Positions 45,111 to 55,529 are shown, counted from the first letter of the stretch. The stretch: DNA of 64,000 nucleotides from Alphaproteobacteria bacterium (GCA_965216915.1 CBDCGS010000011.1:195404-259403), one strand, 5' to 3'. Notes: generated by a model from the letters alone, not told the origin. A program made the numbers and translations.

Positions 45111-45902
45111 ATGGCACCAGACATCCTGCTCGACGTTGCCGACAAGATCGCGACGATCACGCTCAACCGCCCCGAGCGGCGCAACGCCTTCACCCTCGCC
45201 ATGATCGACGCCTGGGCCGACGCCCTCGAGGACTGCCGCGCGCGATCGGATGTTCATGCCGTGGTCGTCACGGGCGCGGGCAAGGCCTTCTGTAGCGGCG
45301 GCGACATTTCCGAGCTGATGCAGGCCCGTCAAGATCTCGGGCCGGTCGACCGCAAGGCCGAAATCGCGGAGCATGTGCACCGCATCCCGCGTGTGCTCGA
45401 CCAGATGGACAAGCCGCTGATCGCCGCGGTGAATGGCGCTGCGATCGGGGCCGGGCTGGACCTTGCGCTCATGGCGGACATTCGGTTCGCGGCCACGTCC
45501 GCCCGCTTCGGCGAGACCTACGTCAAGGTCGGGCTCGCGCCGGGTGCTTGCGGCGCGCATTTTCTGCCGCGCATCGTCGGCACGGCGCGCGCGCTCGAGC
45601 TTCTTTGGACGGGCGACCTCATCGAGGCCGCGGAAGCCGCGCAGATCGGGCTTGTCAACCGCGTCTGGCCCGATGACGAGCTGATCCCGCAAACCATGGA
45701 TTTCGCGGGCCGGCTCGCGACGGGGCCGAGCCAAGCCATCCGCGGCATCAAGCGGCTCGTGCGGGAGGGCCTGCGCGCAGACATGCCAACCAGCCTCGAG
45801 CTCGCATCGTCGCTCTATGGCGTGTTGTCGGCCACCGACGACCATCGCGAGGCCGTGGACGCTTTCCTCGAAAAGCGCGCACCCCGCTTTGCCGGAACCT
45901 AG
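45111..45902 (+). CDS. enoyl-CoA hydratase/isomerase family protein
   Basis: Crotonase fold (ATITLNRPERRNAF...VVVTGAGKAFCSGGDI). Confidence 0.85.
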   Translation: MAPDILLDVADKIATITLNRPERRNAFTLAMIDAWADALEDCRARSDVHAVVVTGAGKAFCSGGDISELMQARQDLGPVDRKAEIAEHVHRIPRVLDQMDKPLIAAVNGAAIGAGLDLALMADIRFAATSARFGETYVKVGLAPGACGAHFLPRIVGTARALELLWTGDLIEAAEAAQIGLVNRVWPDDELIPQTMDFAGRLATGPSQAIRGIKRLVREGLRADMPTSLELASSLYGVLSATDDHREAVDAFLEKRAPRFAGT

Positions 45903-45903
45903 C

Positions 45904-46004
45904 GCATGTCACGTTCACGCATGCTCATGCGAATGCTCTCTCTCATTGGAATTGACGCAAATGCGTCGTCGCAGGTGATGCCACCTGCTCGGGATTTGCT
46001 CTAG
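45904..46004 (+). repeat. RIME/REP-like intergenic repeat, copy 2
   Basis: Begins 2 bp after the enoyl-CoA hydratase stop. It ends in CTAG, 3 bp before the next gene. Contains the CAGGTGatgcCACCTG hairpin. Confidence 0.6.
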
Positions 46005-46006
46005 CC

Positions 46007-46975
46007 TTGGCCGATCCCACGCCTCCCACCCGCGCAGAGATCGAAGGCGCGCGCGCCGCGCTCGGCGCGCTCATCGTTGAGACGCCGGTGCAGCGCTGGA
46101 TCAGCGCGCGCCACGGCTCCGAGGTGCACCTCAAGCTCGAGCTGTTTCAGCGCACCGGCACCTTCAAGGCGCGCGGCGCGCTGCTCAACGCCTTTGCGCT
46201 CGATGACCACGCCCGCGCGCGCGGCGTCACGGCCGTCAGCGCCGGCAATCATGCGATCGCCGTCGCCTTTGCCGCGAAGCAGACGGGAACACACGCCAAG
46301 CTCGTCATGATGGAAAGCGCAAACCCCTTTCGGGTCGCCCAATGCCGGCACTATGGGGCGGCGATCGTGCAGACGCCGGACGTCCACACCGCCTTCCAAA
46401 CCGCGAGCGCGATCGAGGCCGACGAAGGGCGGACCTTTGTTCATCCCTTCGAGGGGCGCGAGACCGTGCTCGGCACGGCGACCGTGGGGCTCGAGCTCGC
46501 GACACAAACGCCGGATCTTGATGCCGTCATCGTGCCGATCGGCGGCGGCGGGCTCTGCGCGGGCGTCGCGACGGCGATGAAGCTCGCCCAGCCGCGTTGC
46601 CAGGTGATCGGCGTGGAGCCGCGGGGCGCCGACACCATGCACAGAAGCTTCGCCGCCGGCGCGCCGCAAGCGATCGAGGCGGTGCGCACGATCGCCGACA
46701 GCCTCGGCGCGCCCTTCGCGCTGCCCTACTCGTTCGGCCTTTGCCGGCGCTTCGTCGACGACCTGGTGCTGATCGACGACGACGACATGCGGCGCGCCAT
46801 GGGCGTGCTGTTCGCCGAAATGAAGCTTGCTGTGGAACCCGCGGGCGCGGCGGCCACCGCCGCGCTGCTCGGCCCCCTCAAGGAGCGGCTGCGTGGCAAA
46901 CGGGTCGCGGTCATCGTCTGCGGTGCCAACATCGATCTCGCGACGTTCGTATCGCAGGCGATTTTCGAGAGATAA
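46007..46975 (+). CDS. threonine/serine dehydratase family PLP-dependent enzyme
   Basis: PLP lysine in GTFKARGA and glycine-rich loop PIGGGGL. The ORF caller assigns a TTG start directly after the repeat; the true start is uncertain. Confidence 0.75.
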   Translation: MADPTPPTRAEIEGARAALGALIVETPVQRWISARHGSEVHLKLELFQRTGTFKARGALLNAFALDDHARARGVTAVSAGNHAIAVAFAAKQTGTHAKLVMMESANPFRVAQCRHYGAAIVQTPDVHTAFQTASAIEADEGRTFVHPFEGRETVLGTATVGLELATQTPDLDAVIVPIGGGGLCAGVATAMKLAQPRCQVIGVEPRGADTMHRSFAAGAPQAIEAVRTIADSLGAPFALPYSFGLCRRFVDDLVLIDDDDMRRAMGVLFAEMKLAVEPAGAAATAALLGPLKERLRGKRVAVIVCGANIDLATFVSQAIFER

Positions 46976-46991
46976 CGGCAGACTCGCCCGC

Positions 46992-47783
46992 CTACCAGGT
47001 GTTGCGCAGCTCGCGCAGCTTTAGGAACACCGTCTTCGCGTCCGGCTCGTCGGGCAGATCGGGGAAGGCCTCTCTCAGCCGCGCGATCACGGTCGGGCTG
47101 TGCAGGCGGAAGAAGGTGTTGATCTCCTTCTCGAGCGCGAGCGTGGAGACCATGGCGCGGTTCGGGTCCTGGTCGGACACATCGGCCAAGAGCGACGCGG
47201 CGCGGGCGTTGTCTGGCTCGCGGTCGAGCGTGAACTCGAGATTGTTCGCGATGTAGTCGTGACCGGGATAGATCCGCGTCGCGTCGGGAAGCCCGGCGAG
47301 TTGGCTTGCGAACGTCTCGTAGAGCTCGTTGGGGTGGCCGCCATTGTGGCAGTTGCCCGCGCCCGCGTTGAACAGCGTGTCGCCGCAAAAAAGCGCGGGC
47401 GTGTCGGTGCGCGAGAGGAGGCAGACGTGGCTCATGGTGTGCCCGGGCGTATCGAGCGCCTCGAGCTCGACCGTGCGGCCGATCTTGATCACGTCGCCCG
47501 CCGCGAGCCCGCGATCCATGTTGGGGATCTTGTCCTTCGCGTTGGCGTGCGCGATCAGCGTCGCGCCCGTCGCCTTCATCATCGCGGCATTACCGCCGGT
47601 GTGGTCGCCATGCTCGTGGGTGTTGAGGATTTGGGTGATCGTCCAGCCCTTCGACTCCGCGCCGGCGAGGCACTTCTTGTGGTCGAGCGGGTCGACCGCG
47701 AGCGCCTCCCCTGTTTCAGGGCACGCGATCAGATAGTTGAAATTGCGGTACGCGTTCGCGGTCCAAATTTGCTCGACGATCAT
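46992..47783 (-). CDS. gloB: hydroxyacylglutathione hydrolase (glyoxalase II)
   Basis: MBL-fold THEHGDH zinc motif, GloB-like length and conserved C-terminal region. Confidence 0.85.
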   Translation of the reverse strand: MIVEQIWTANAYRNFNYLIACPETGEALAVDPLDHKKCLAGAESKGWTITQILNTHEHGDHTGGNAAMMKATGATLIAHANAKDKIPNMDRGLAAGDVIKIGRTVELEALDTPGHTMSHVCLLSRTDTPALFCGDTLFNAGAGNCHNGGHPNELYETFASQLAGLPDATRIYPGHDYIANNLEFTLDREPDNARAASLLADVSDQDPNRAMVSTLALEKEINTFFRLHSPTVIARLREAFPDLPDEPDAKTVFLKLRELRNTW

Positions 47784-47835
47784 GCCCTTTTCCTTTTCGT
47801 CTCCCGGCCGTCATCACCCGGACGGCCGCGGTTTG

Positions 47836-48624
47836 TCATTCGCCGCGGAACACCGGCTTGCGCTTTTCCATGAACGCGCGCCGGCCCTCGGTGTAGTCGT
47901 TGCTGAGGAAACACGCCGAGACCAGCGCATCGCAGAGCGACTGGTCGACGCCGTCGCCGCCCGCGCGCAGGAGCTCGGTGATCATGCGCTTGGTCGCCGC
48001 CATGCTGAGCGGCGCGTTGGCCGCAAGACGTTCGCAATAATCGGCGACGGCATCATCGAGCTCGGCGTCCGGGACGAGCCGGTTGACCAGGCCCATCTGC
48101 GCGGCCTCTGAGGCGCTGAAGTGGCGGCCCGTGAGCAGGATCTCCTTGGCGAAGGCTGGCCCCACCAGGTCGCAGAGCTGCTTCAACGAACCCATGCGAT
48201 AGCCGACGCCAAGGCGCGCAGCGGGGATCGCGAAACGGGAGCCCTCGCTCGCGATGCGGAGGTCGCAGGCGATGGCGATGCCAAGGCCGCCGCCCATGCA
48301 ATAGCCGCGGATCATCGCCAGCGTCGGCTTGCGCGCTTCGCGGAGCCGCGTCGTCGTGCCCTCGGCGAGCTCATCGTAGCGTGCCACCGCCTCCTCGCTC
48401 GCGCGTTGCTCCTCGAACTCGGAGATATCGGCGCCCGAGATGAACGCCTTCTCGCCAGCCCCCTTGAGCACGATCGCGCGGACCTCGTGGTCGGCCTCGA
48501 AGGTGGCCAGCGCCTCGGGCAGCGCCTCCCACATGGCCACGGTCAGCGCGTTGTGGCGGCTCGGATTGTTGAAGGTGATCCAGCCGATCGCGCCGGCTTT
48601 CTCGGCCAGAAGTTGGTCGGTCAT
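47836..48624 (-). CDS. enoyl-CoA hydratase/isomerase family protein
   Basis: Crotonase motifs (ITFNNPSRHNAL...LKGAGEKAFISGADI). Start at MTDQL. Confidence 0.85.
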   Translation of the reverse strand: MTDQLLAEKAGAIGWITFNNPSRHNALTVAMWEALPEALATFEADHEVRAIVLKGAGEKAFISGADISEFEEQRASEEAVARYDELAEGTTTRLREARKPTLAMIRGYCMGGGLGIAIACDLRIASEGSRFAIPAARLGVGYRMGSLKQLCDLVGPAFAKEILLTGRHFSASEAAQMGLVNRLVPDAELDDAVADYCERLAANAPLSMAATKRMITELLRAGGDGVDQSLCDALVSACFLSNDYTEGRRAFMEKRKPVFRGE

Positions 48625-48661
48625 CGTGCATCCCCCCAAACGCGCCGCGCGCGTCTCTTCG

Positions 48662-49852
48662 TCATATCACGCCATCCGCGCGAAACGCCGCGATCTCCGC
48701 CGGCTCATAGCCGAGAGCCGCCAACACCTCGTCCGTGTGGACGCCGAGCTCCGGCGTCGCGGACCGGATGCGGCAGGGCGTGCGGCTGAGGCGCGTCGCC
48801 TGCCCGACGAGATCGATCGCGCCGAGCGCCGGGTGCGTCACCGGCGCGGTCACGCCGAGATGCCGCACTTGCGGGTCTGCGAACACGTCATCGACCGCGT
48901 AGATCGGGCCCGTCGGCACGCCCGCCTCGTTGAGACGATCGATCCATGCAGCGCTGGTCTTCTGGCGTGTCGCCTCGCTGATGAGCGCGTTGAGCGCGAC
49001 GCGATTGTCGGAGCGGCCTTGGCCCGTCGCAAAACGCGGATCATCGATCAGCTCCGGCCGGCCAATCGCGTGGCAGAGCCGCTCGTAGATCGGGCCTCCC
49101 GAGGTCGCGATGTTGATGTGGCCATCCTGCGTTTCGAACACGCCGGTGGGGATGCTGGTCGGGTGGTCGTTGCCGGCCTGCCGCGGCACCTCGTTCCGGA
49201 TGAGCCAGCGCGCCGCCTGAAAATCCATCATCGCGATCTGGGCCTGCAACAGCGAGGATTGCACCCATTGGCCCTCGCCCGACTGCTCCCGCTCGAGCAG
49301 CGCCACCAGAATGCCGATCGCCGTGTAGAGGCCCGCGCTCAGGTCCGCGATCGGAATGCCCGCGCGCACCGGCCCCTGGCCCGGAAGGCCGGTCACCGAC
49401 ATCAGCCCACCCATGCCCTGGGCAATCTGATCGAAGCCCGGCCGCTTGGCATAGGGCCCGTCCTGCCCGAAACCCGAGATGCTGGCATAGACGAGCCGCG
49501 GGTTGATCGCCTTGAGGGTGTCGTAGTCGATGCCGAGCCGGTGCTTCACGTCGGGCCGGTAGTTTTCGATCACGACGTCCGCGGTTTCGACCAGCCGCTT
49601 GAAGATCGCGACACCCGCCGCCTCTTTGAGGTTGAGCGTGATGCTCCGCTTGTTGCGGTGGAGGTTCTGAAAATCGGCGCTATGGCGTCCCTTGATCGGG
49701 TCGTTCTCGGTGCCGGGCACGGACGGTGCCTCGACCTTGATCACATCCGCGCCCCAATCGGCGAGCTGCCGCGCGGCCGTCGGGCCCGCGCGATAGCGCG
49801 TCAAATCGAGCACCTTGAAGCGGGCAAGCGCTCCGGCAACGTCGGTCATCAA
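48662..49852 (-). CDS. CaiB/BaiF family CoA-transferase (family III)
   Basis: N-terminal LARFKVLDLTRYRAGPTAARQLADWGADVIKVE pattern, and a conserved Asp region. Confidence 0.85.
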   Translation of the reverse strand: MMTDVAGALARFKVLDLTRYRAGPTAARQLADWGADVIKVEAPSVPGTENDPIKGRHSADFQNLHRNKRSITLNLKEAAGVAIFKRLVETADVVIENYRPDVKHRLGIDYDTLKAINPRLVYASISGFGQDGPYAKRPGFDQIAQGMGGLMSVTGLPGQGPVRAGIPIADLSAGLYTAIGILVALLEREQSGEGQWVQSSLLQAQIAMMDFQAARWLIRNEVPRQAGNDHPTSIPTGVFETQDGHINIATSGGPIYERLCHAIGRPELIDDPRFATGQGRSDNRVALNALISEATRQKTSAAWIDRLNEAGVPTGPIYAVDDVFADPQVRHLGVTAPVTHPALGAIDLVGQATRLSRTPCRIRSATPELGVHTDEVLAALGYEPAEIAAFRADGVI

Positions 49853-49909
49853 TGCCTCCTCGCCCGCGCATTCTAGCGGGCGCCGGGGGCGGCGGCGAGG
49901 CCCCGGGCG

Positions 49910-51265
49910 GTGGGGTCACTCTGTGTTACAAGAGCATCGAAGAAAAATCGCCGCGTGACTTGCGTCCGCCGCCATTCGGGAGCTAGTGCGTTGAAAAGAA
50001 GGCACTTCATCTCAATCGTTGGTGTGGCTGCTGTCATCGGAGTGGCGGCCGTCGCCTACGTCGTTTCGGGCGGCTGGACGGTCGAGCCGCTGCGGGTCTC
50101 CGGGTCGCTCTGGGTAGCGACGGTGGATAGCGAGGCGCGGGTCTTTTTCGTGACCGCCGAAACGCGCGAGACGGCCAGCGGCCTGAGATCGACCGGATTC
50201 GCGGAAGAATATGAATCCCTCCGGTTGGTTTCCCGCGCGGCTCGAGACGGGGCGGACCGCGCGGAGAGCGGTTTGGCGCGTGACGGCGCGGGAAGGATAT
50301 TGGGAACCGCAGGTGGCATCCTTTGGCTTTGGCAAAACCGCGACAACGGTTTTGGCGTCGAAGGCCGTGACCTCGAGACCCTCTCGGTGCGCGCATCGCC
50401 TGAGGATATTCGCGGGGCCAACCCCCACTTGGCGGAACTCCTTCCCAACGACACGAAATTTGTCGCCGTTTCGGCCCGGCTCGATGCGTTGGTCGTGAAG
50501 ACGCTCGACGCGCAGACGCTGGTGATGAACCCGGACAACAACGAGCTCGATGTGCCGCCCCGCCCGGCAGAGCGCGAGGCATCAGACGACGAGTCGTCCT
50601 GGTTCAGCTCGGCCCTCATCGACAATGATCGGCTTGCCGGCTTTGTCGCCGGCGGCAGGGAAGAGTCGGGCCATCGGCTGCGCGATAGCCTCGTCGGCGG
50701 CATAGATCTCGGCGATACCTGGTTTGGATTGCTATCGGCCGAGACGTTCGATGAGCTGAGCCGACAACCGAGCGGAAGCCCGCTGAGTGAACCGCCTTCG
50801 GGGAGTTTCGAGGACGTGCCTTACCAACTGTATCGGCTGGCGATCGGGCGCGACCAAGGAGATGATCCGGTGATCGCGCCCGCAACCGCCAAGACTGCCG
50901 AGCCTCTGCGGACTGATCGATACCTGCGACCAGGATTGATCACGCGCTACGATGCCCTCGATCGTGAGACGCGCGTCTTGCAGCTCCTCGAGCCACGATC
51001 GGTCCTCCTGGTCGCCAAGCCGACCCTTGCGGACGAAAGCCATTGGTACGTGGAGCGCATGACCTTCGACGGAGAGATCCGGTGGCGTGGCGATACGGGC
51101 CTCGCTCTAATCGAAAGGCTGCTCGTTGGCGACGAAGCGATCGTTCTCGGCGGCTATGCCCTCCCGTTGCGCGACCGCGACGGCAATCCCTTCGCGGATG
51201 AAAATCCCTATCGCCTCGTGCATATCGACTTGGTTAGCGGAGCGGTTGTCGCACGCGGTCTGTGA
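49910..51265 (+). CDS. hypothetical membrane-anchored protein
   Basis: A single N-terminal TM helix (RRHFISIVGVAAVIGVAAVAYVV) followed by about 400 aa of unknown domain. A more likely start is the TTG at 49991, preceded by GGGAG. Confidence 0.45.
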   Translation: MGSLCVTRASKKNRRVTCVRRHSGASALKRRHFISIVGVAAVIGVAAVAYVVSGGWTVEPLRVSGSLWVATVDSEARVFFVTAETRETASGLRSTGFAEEYESLRLVSRAARDGADRAESGLARDGAGRILGTAGGILWLWQNRDNGFGVEGRDLETLSVRASPEDIRGANPHLAELLPNDTKFVAVSARLDALVVKTLDAQTLVMNPDNNELDVPPRPAEREASDDESSWFSSALIDNDRLAGFVAGGREESGHRLRDSLVGGIDLGDTWFGLLSAETFDELSRQPSGSPLSEPPSGSFEDVPYQLYRLAIGRDQGDDPVIAPATAKTAEPLRTDRYLRPGLITRYDALDRETRVLQLLEPRSVLLVAKPTLADESHWYVERMTFDGEIRWRGDTGLALIERLLVGDEAIVLGGYALPLRDRDGNPFADENPYRLVHIDLVSGAVVARGL

Positions 51266-51302
51266 GCCCAAACGGCCGGGTGCGCTCAACGCGTTGCCAC
51301 GT

Positions 51303-52196
51303 TCAGTCCGGCGCGAAGTCGTAGATGTCCGCGTCGAAGCGCGCGAAGCCGGCATAGTCGACGAGCTCGTAGAACTCCGCGCGGGTCATCATGCGCGGCA
51401 CCAGGTCTGCTTGGGCGTCGGTCTTGTCGAGCTGCGCAAGGCCATCCTCGATCGCCTTGAGGGCGAGGCGCAGTGTCGTCACCGGATAGATCACGATGTT
51501 GTAACCGAGATCGGCGAGCGCACGGTGGCTCAACAGCGGCGATTTGCCGAATTCCGTCATGTTGGCGAGCAGCGGCACCGGGATGGCCGCGCGGAACGCC
51601 GCGAACTCGTCGGCCGTCTCCAGCGCTTCGGGAAAGATCATGTGCGCGCCCGCGTCGACATAGGCTTTGGCGCGGTCGATCGCGGCCGCGAGCCCCTCGG
51701 GTCCGCGCGCGTCGGTGCGGGCGATGACGACGAAATTGGGGTCGCTCGCAGCCGCCACCGCAGCGCGCACCCGGCGCGCCATCACGTCGGCGGGCACGAT
51801 GGTCTTGTGGTCGAGGTGGCCGCAGCGCTTTGGGTTGACCTGGTCTTCGAGGTGGCACCCGGCGAGCCCGGCCTCCTCCAGCAGCGCGACGGTGCGGGCG
51901 GCGTTCATCGGCTCGCCGAAACCGGTGTCGATGTCGACGATCGTCGGCAGCACGCTCGCGCGCGCGATCTGCCCCGCGCGGCCGACCACCTCGGCCTGGT
52001 TGGTGAGCCCGATATCGGGCAGGCCGAGCTCGCCGGCGAGCGCCGCGCCCGAAACGTAGACGCCATCGAAGCCCTGGCGTGCGATCAGCTTCGCGACGAT
52101 CGGCGCGAAGGCGCCGGGGAAGCGGAGCAGCGTGCCGCTCCCAAGCGCCTCGCGGAACTGCCGCCGGCGCTCCGCCGCGTTGGTGCCCTGGATCAT
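51303..52196 (-). CDS. isocitrate lyase/PEP mutase family protein (2-methylisocitrate lyase-like)
   Basis: 297 aa. ICL/PEPM signature region (GCHLEDQVNPKRCGH) and a TIM-barrel pattern. Confidence 0.8.
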   Translation of the reverse strand: MIQGTNAAERRRQFREALGSGTLLRFPGAFAPIVAKLIARQGFDGVYVSGAALAGELGLPDIGLTNQAEVVGRAGQIARASVLPTIVDIDTGFGEPMNAARTVALLEEAGLAGCHLEDQVNPKRCGHLDHKTIVPADVMARRVRAAVAAASDPNFVVIARTDARGPEGLAAAIDRAKAYVDAGAHMIFPEALETADEFAAFRAAIPVPLLANMTEFGKSPLLSHRALADLGYNIVIYPVTTLRLALKAIEDGLAQLDKTDAQADLVPRMMTRAEFYELVDYAGFARFDADIYDFAPD

Positions 52197-52247
52197 GCCG
52201 CCCTCCTGCGCTGGGTGCCGGAGCGTAGCAAACCGCCCAGGCGCGCG

Positions 52248-53228
52248 TCAGGGGAAGGGCACGACCTCTTGGTCGATCGCACCGAACAGGCTGTGCCCCG
52301 TGGCGTCGCACATGTCGATGGTGATGCGGTCGCCGTGGCGCATGAAGGGCGTCGCGCTTTTGCCCTGGTCGATCTTCTCGATCATGCGGCGCTCCAAGAG
52401 GCATGACGAGCCGCGCGCCCGGTCGCTGTTCGAGACCGTGCCGGAGCCGATGATCGTGCCGGGCCCGAGCGGGCGGGTCTTCGCCGCATGCGCGATCAGC
52501 TCCGGAAAGCCGAACTGCATCTCGACGCCCGCATCGGGATCGCCCATCCGCACGCCGTTGAGCGTGCTGACCAGGGCACCGTGCAACCGCTCACCATCCC
52601 ACGCGTCGCCGAGCGCGTCGGGGGTGACGGCGGTCAGCGAAAACCCGCTCGGCGGCTTGCCGTGCACGAAGCCGAAGCCCTTCTCGAGCTCCGCCGGAAC
52701 GAGGCGCCGCAGCGAGATGTCGTTGAGCAGCATGACGAGCACGATATGGCGCGCGGCGTCGGCCGGTGTGACGCCTGCGGGGACGGCGTCAGTGATCACC
52801 GCGGTTTCGGCCTCGAAATCGATGCCCCAGGCCTCCTCCGCGCGGATCGCCTCGCGCGCGCCAAGCAGCGGCTCGGACGCGCCCTGGTACATGAGCGGAT
52901 CGGTCTCCAGCGTGTCGGGCAGCGTGTCGCCCCGCGCGCGGCGGGCGAGCTCGATGTGGTTGAGATAGCCGCTGCCGTCGAGGAACTGCGCCGCCCGCGG
53001 CAGAGGCGCCGTGAGCGCCGCGGCGTCGAGGGGGAACGCGTCGACCGCAGCACCTGCGTGCAGCCGCTCCGAGAGGGCGCGGAGCAGGGGTTCGACGCGC
53101 GGCCATTCGTCGAGCGCGGCGCGCAGGGTCGGCGCGATGGCGGCGGCGGAAGTTCCGAGGCTGATCGCGGCATCGACCACGATCAGCGCGCCGTCCGGTC
53201 CGCCCTCGCGGAGCGACGCGAGCCTCAT
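52248..53228 (-). CDS. fumarylacetoacetate hydrolase family protein
   Basis: FAH C-terminal fold (TIIGSGTVSN...HGDRITI). Its start overlaps the stop of the upstream HGO-like gene (ATGA). Confidence 0.75.
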   Translation of the reverse strand: MRLASLREGGPDGALIVVDAAISLGTSAAAIAPTLRAALDEWPRVEPLLRALSERLHAGAAVDAFPLDAAALTAPLPRAAQFLDGSGYLNHIELARRARGDTLPDTLETDPLMYQGASEPLLGAREAIRAEEAWGIDFEAETAVITDAVPAGVTPADAARHIVLVMLLNDISLRRLVPAELEKGFGFVHGKPPSGFSLTAVTPDALGDAWDGERLHGALVSTLNGVRMGDPDAGVEMQFGFPELIAHAAKTRPLGPGTIIGSGTVSNSDRARGSSCLLERRMIEKIDQGKSATPFMRHGDRITIDMCDATGHSLFGAIDQEVVPFP

Positions 53229-54349
53229 CCCTCGCTCCAGGATGCCGCGTAGTCGACCCACTCGACCCCGTCGGGCAACGCGGCGACGTCGAGGGCATCG
53301 CGCGTATCCACCATCACGGCGACCTCATCGGTCTCGCGGCGCGTGCCCTTGGCAGCCGCGGCGAAGGCCTTCGGGTGGGGCCCATGGGTGATGCCCGCGG
53401 GGTGAAGCGTGAGCCAACCCGCGCCGATGTTGTCGCGCGAGAGGAAGTTGCCATCGTGATAGAAGATCACCTCGTCATAGTCGTCATTGTTGTGGAAGAA
53501 CGGCAGCTTCAGCGCGCCCGGATCGCTCTCGACCGGACGCGGAGCGAAGGTGCAGACCACGAAGCGCTCGGTCACGAAGGTCGCGTGGACCGATGGCGGC
53601 AGGTGGTAGCGCGCGCTGATTATCGGGCGGATGTCTCGCCAATTGATCCGCAAGGGCATCAGCGTGCCGTGCCAGCCCACCGCATCGAGCGGGTTGTGGG
53701 GATAGTGCGCGGTGCTCACGACACCGAGCCGCTTGATTGCGACCTGCCAGGGCGTCGCGCCCTGCTGGGCCCGAAAGGCCTCGTCGAGCGTCGGCGCGTC
53801 GAGAACCGCGGGATCGAAAAACGCGGTCGGGCCCAAGAGGCCGCGATCGGGCAGGGCGTAGCTATCGTTGACGGCTTCGACGAGGAGAAACGTGGAGGGC
53901 TCCGCGGGCTCGAGCCGCCACATGGTGCCGCGCGGCAGCACGAGATAGTCGCCGTCGCGATAGTCGAGATGGCCATAGTCGCAGTAGAGCGCGCCGGCGC
54001 CCGTGTGCGCGAAGAGCAAGAGGTCTCCGTCGGCATCGCGAACCAGCCGGTCCATCGCGCCATCGAGCCGCCATAGCCCGATCGCGCAATGCGCATTGGC
54101 AAAGAGCGTCGGCGCCTCCCAGGGGCTCCCGTGGCCAGCTTCAAGCCGGGTGCCGTCGAAGGCACGGGGGCGGAGCGGCCCCTCGATGGCGCTCCACGAT
54201 GTCGGCGCATGCCGGTGATGCATGTGCGTCACCGCGCCGTAAAACCCCTCGCGGCCGAGCTCCCGCTCGTAGGTGCCCTCCGGAAGATCCGCATGGGCTT
54301 GACGCGACGCCGTGCCCTCGACGCGAGACAACGGGATTCCTTTCCGCAT
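53225..54349 (-). CDS. hmgA: homogentisate 1,2-dioxygenase family protein
   Basis: HGO cupin region (GDYLVLPRGTMWRL...FHNNDDYDEVIFYHDGNF). Shorter (374 aa) than canonical HmgA, so it may be a subfamily member. Confidence 0.7.
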   Translation of the reverse strand: MRKGIPLSRVEGTASRQAHADLPEGTYERELGREGFYGAVTHMHHRHAPTSWSAIEGPLRPRAFDGTRLEAGHGSPWEAPTLFANAHCAIGLWRLDGAMDRLVRDADGDLLLFAHTGAGALYCDYGHLDYRDGDYLVLPRGTMWRLEPAEPSTFLLVEAVNDSYALPDRGLLGPTAFFDPAVLDAPTLDEAFRAQQGATPWQVAIKRLGVVSTAHYPHNPLDAVGWHGTLMPLRINWRDIRPIISARYHLPPSVHATFVTERFVVCTFAPRPVESDPGALKLPFFHNNDDYDEVIFYHDGNFLSRDNIGAGWLTLHPAGITHGPHPKAFAAAAKGTRRETDEVAVMVDTRDALDVAALPDGVEWVDYAASWSEG

Positions 54350-55401
54350 CAGAGCACCCCTCGCCGCACTTGATCGCGCTCGATCGATTCGAATAGCGCG
54401 CGGAAATTGCCCTCGCCGAAGCCTTCATTGCCTTTGCGCTGGATGATCTCGAAAAAGATCGGCCCGATCACCGTTTCGGTGAAGATTTGCAGCAACAAGC
54501 CCTCATCGGGCGCACCGTCAATCAAAAGACGCAGGTCCCGCAGACGCGGCAAGGGCTCGCCATGGTTGGGGAGCCGCGCATCGACGGCCTCGTAGTAGGT
54601 GTCGGGAACGGTCATGAACGTGACGCCTGCGTCGCGAAGGCCGCCGACCGTCGCGTAGATATCGTCAGTGCCGAGCGCGATGTGCTGAATGCCCTCGCCG
54701 TTGTAGGCCTCGAGGAACTCCTCGATTTGCGACTTATCGTCGGCCGATTCGTTGATGGGTATGCGGATGCGGCCGCAGGGGCTGGTCATGGCGCGGCTCT
54801 TGAGGCCGGTGAGCTGGCCTTCGATGTCGAAATAGCGGATCTCGCGAAAATTGAAGAGACGCTCGTAGAAATCCGCCCAGTCGTCCATTCGGCCGCGGTT
54901 CACATTGTGCGTCAGATGGTCGACATAGGTGAGGCCCACGCCGTCGGCCTCAGGCATCGCTTCGCCGGTGGGCACGAAGTCGATATCGTAGATCGAGCCG
55001 TCGGGGCCATAGCGGTCCACGAGGTAGATCAGGCTGCCGCCGATCCCTTTGATCGCGGGGATGTTGAGCTCCATGGGGCCGATCTGGCTCTGGAAGGGCC
55101 GGGCGCCGCGCTCCAGCGCGTAGGCATAGGCCGCGGCCGCGTCGCGCACGCGAAAGGCCATGGCGCACGCCGATGGCCCGTGCACCCGCGCAAACGCTTG
55201 GGCGAAGCTATCCGCCTCCGCGTTGACGATGAAGTTGACGCTGCCTTGGCGGTAGAGCGTCACGTCCTTCGATCGGTGCTTCGCCACCGCCGCGAACCCG
55301 AGCTGGCGGAACAGCCGATCGAGATCGCGCGTGTCGGGCGCCGTGTATTCGACGAACTCGAAGCCGTCGGTGCCCACCGGATTATCCCAGAGGTCGCTCA
55401 T
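54349..55401 (-). CDS. hppD: 4-hydroxyphenylpyruvate dioxygenase
   Basis: 350 aa. Two VOC modules with conserved His/Glu iron ligands and the HppD C-terminal FFEIIQRKG...[15 protein letters not shown]. Confidence 0.9.
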   Translation of the reverse strand: MSDLWDNPVGTDGFEFVEYTAPDTRDLDRLFRQLGFAAVAKHRSKDVTLYRQGSVNFIVNAEADSFAQAFARVHGPSACAMAFRVRDAAAAYAYALERGARPFQSQIGPMELNIPAIKGIGGSLIYLVDRYGPDGSIYDIDFVPTGEAMPEADGVGLTYVDHLTHNVNRGRMDDWADFYERLFNFREIRYFDIEGQLTGLKSRAMTSPCGRIRIPINESADDKSQIEEFLEAYNGEGIQHIALGTDDIYATVGGLRDAGVTFMTVPDTYYEAVDARLPNHGEPLPRLRDLRLLIDGAPDEGLLLQIFTETVIGPIFFEIIQRKGNEGFGEGNFRALFESIERDQVRRGVL

Positions 55402-55489
55402 CGCATCGCTCCTCTAGCCGTTCGGTACCGTGCGAGGACGCAGGCGGCGGTGTGACCGCGATTACTTCCGGCTGCGTCAATCTCACGCA

Positions 55490-55529
55490 TCATGGTTTAC
55501 ATAGGTAACGAGGTATTAACGAACCATGA
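55490..55529. promoter_or_regulatory. inverted repeat TCATGGTT-N24-AACCATGA spanning the MarR start (candidate operator for the hppD / MarR divergent region)
   Basis: An 8-bp perfect inverted repeat whose spacer contains TTACATAGGTAA. It lies between hppD (minus) and the MarR gene (plus). Confidence 0.3.
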
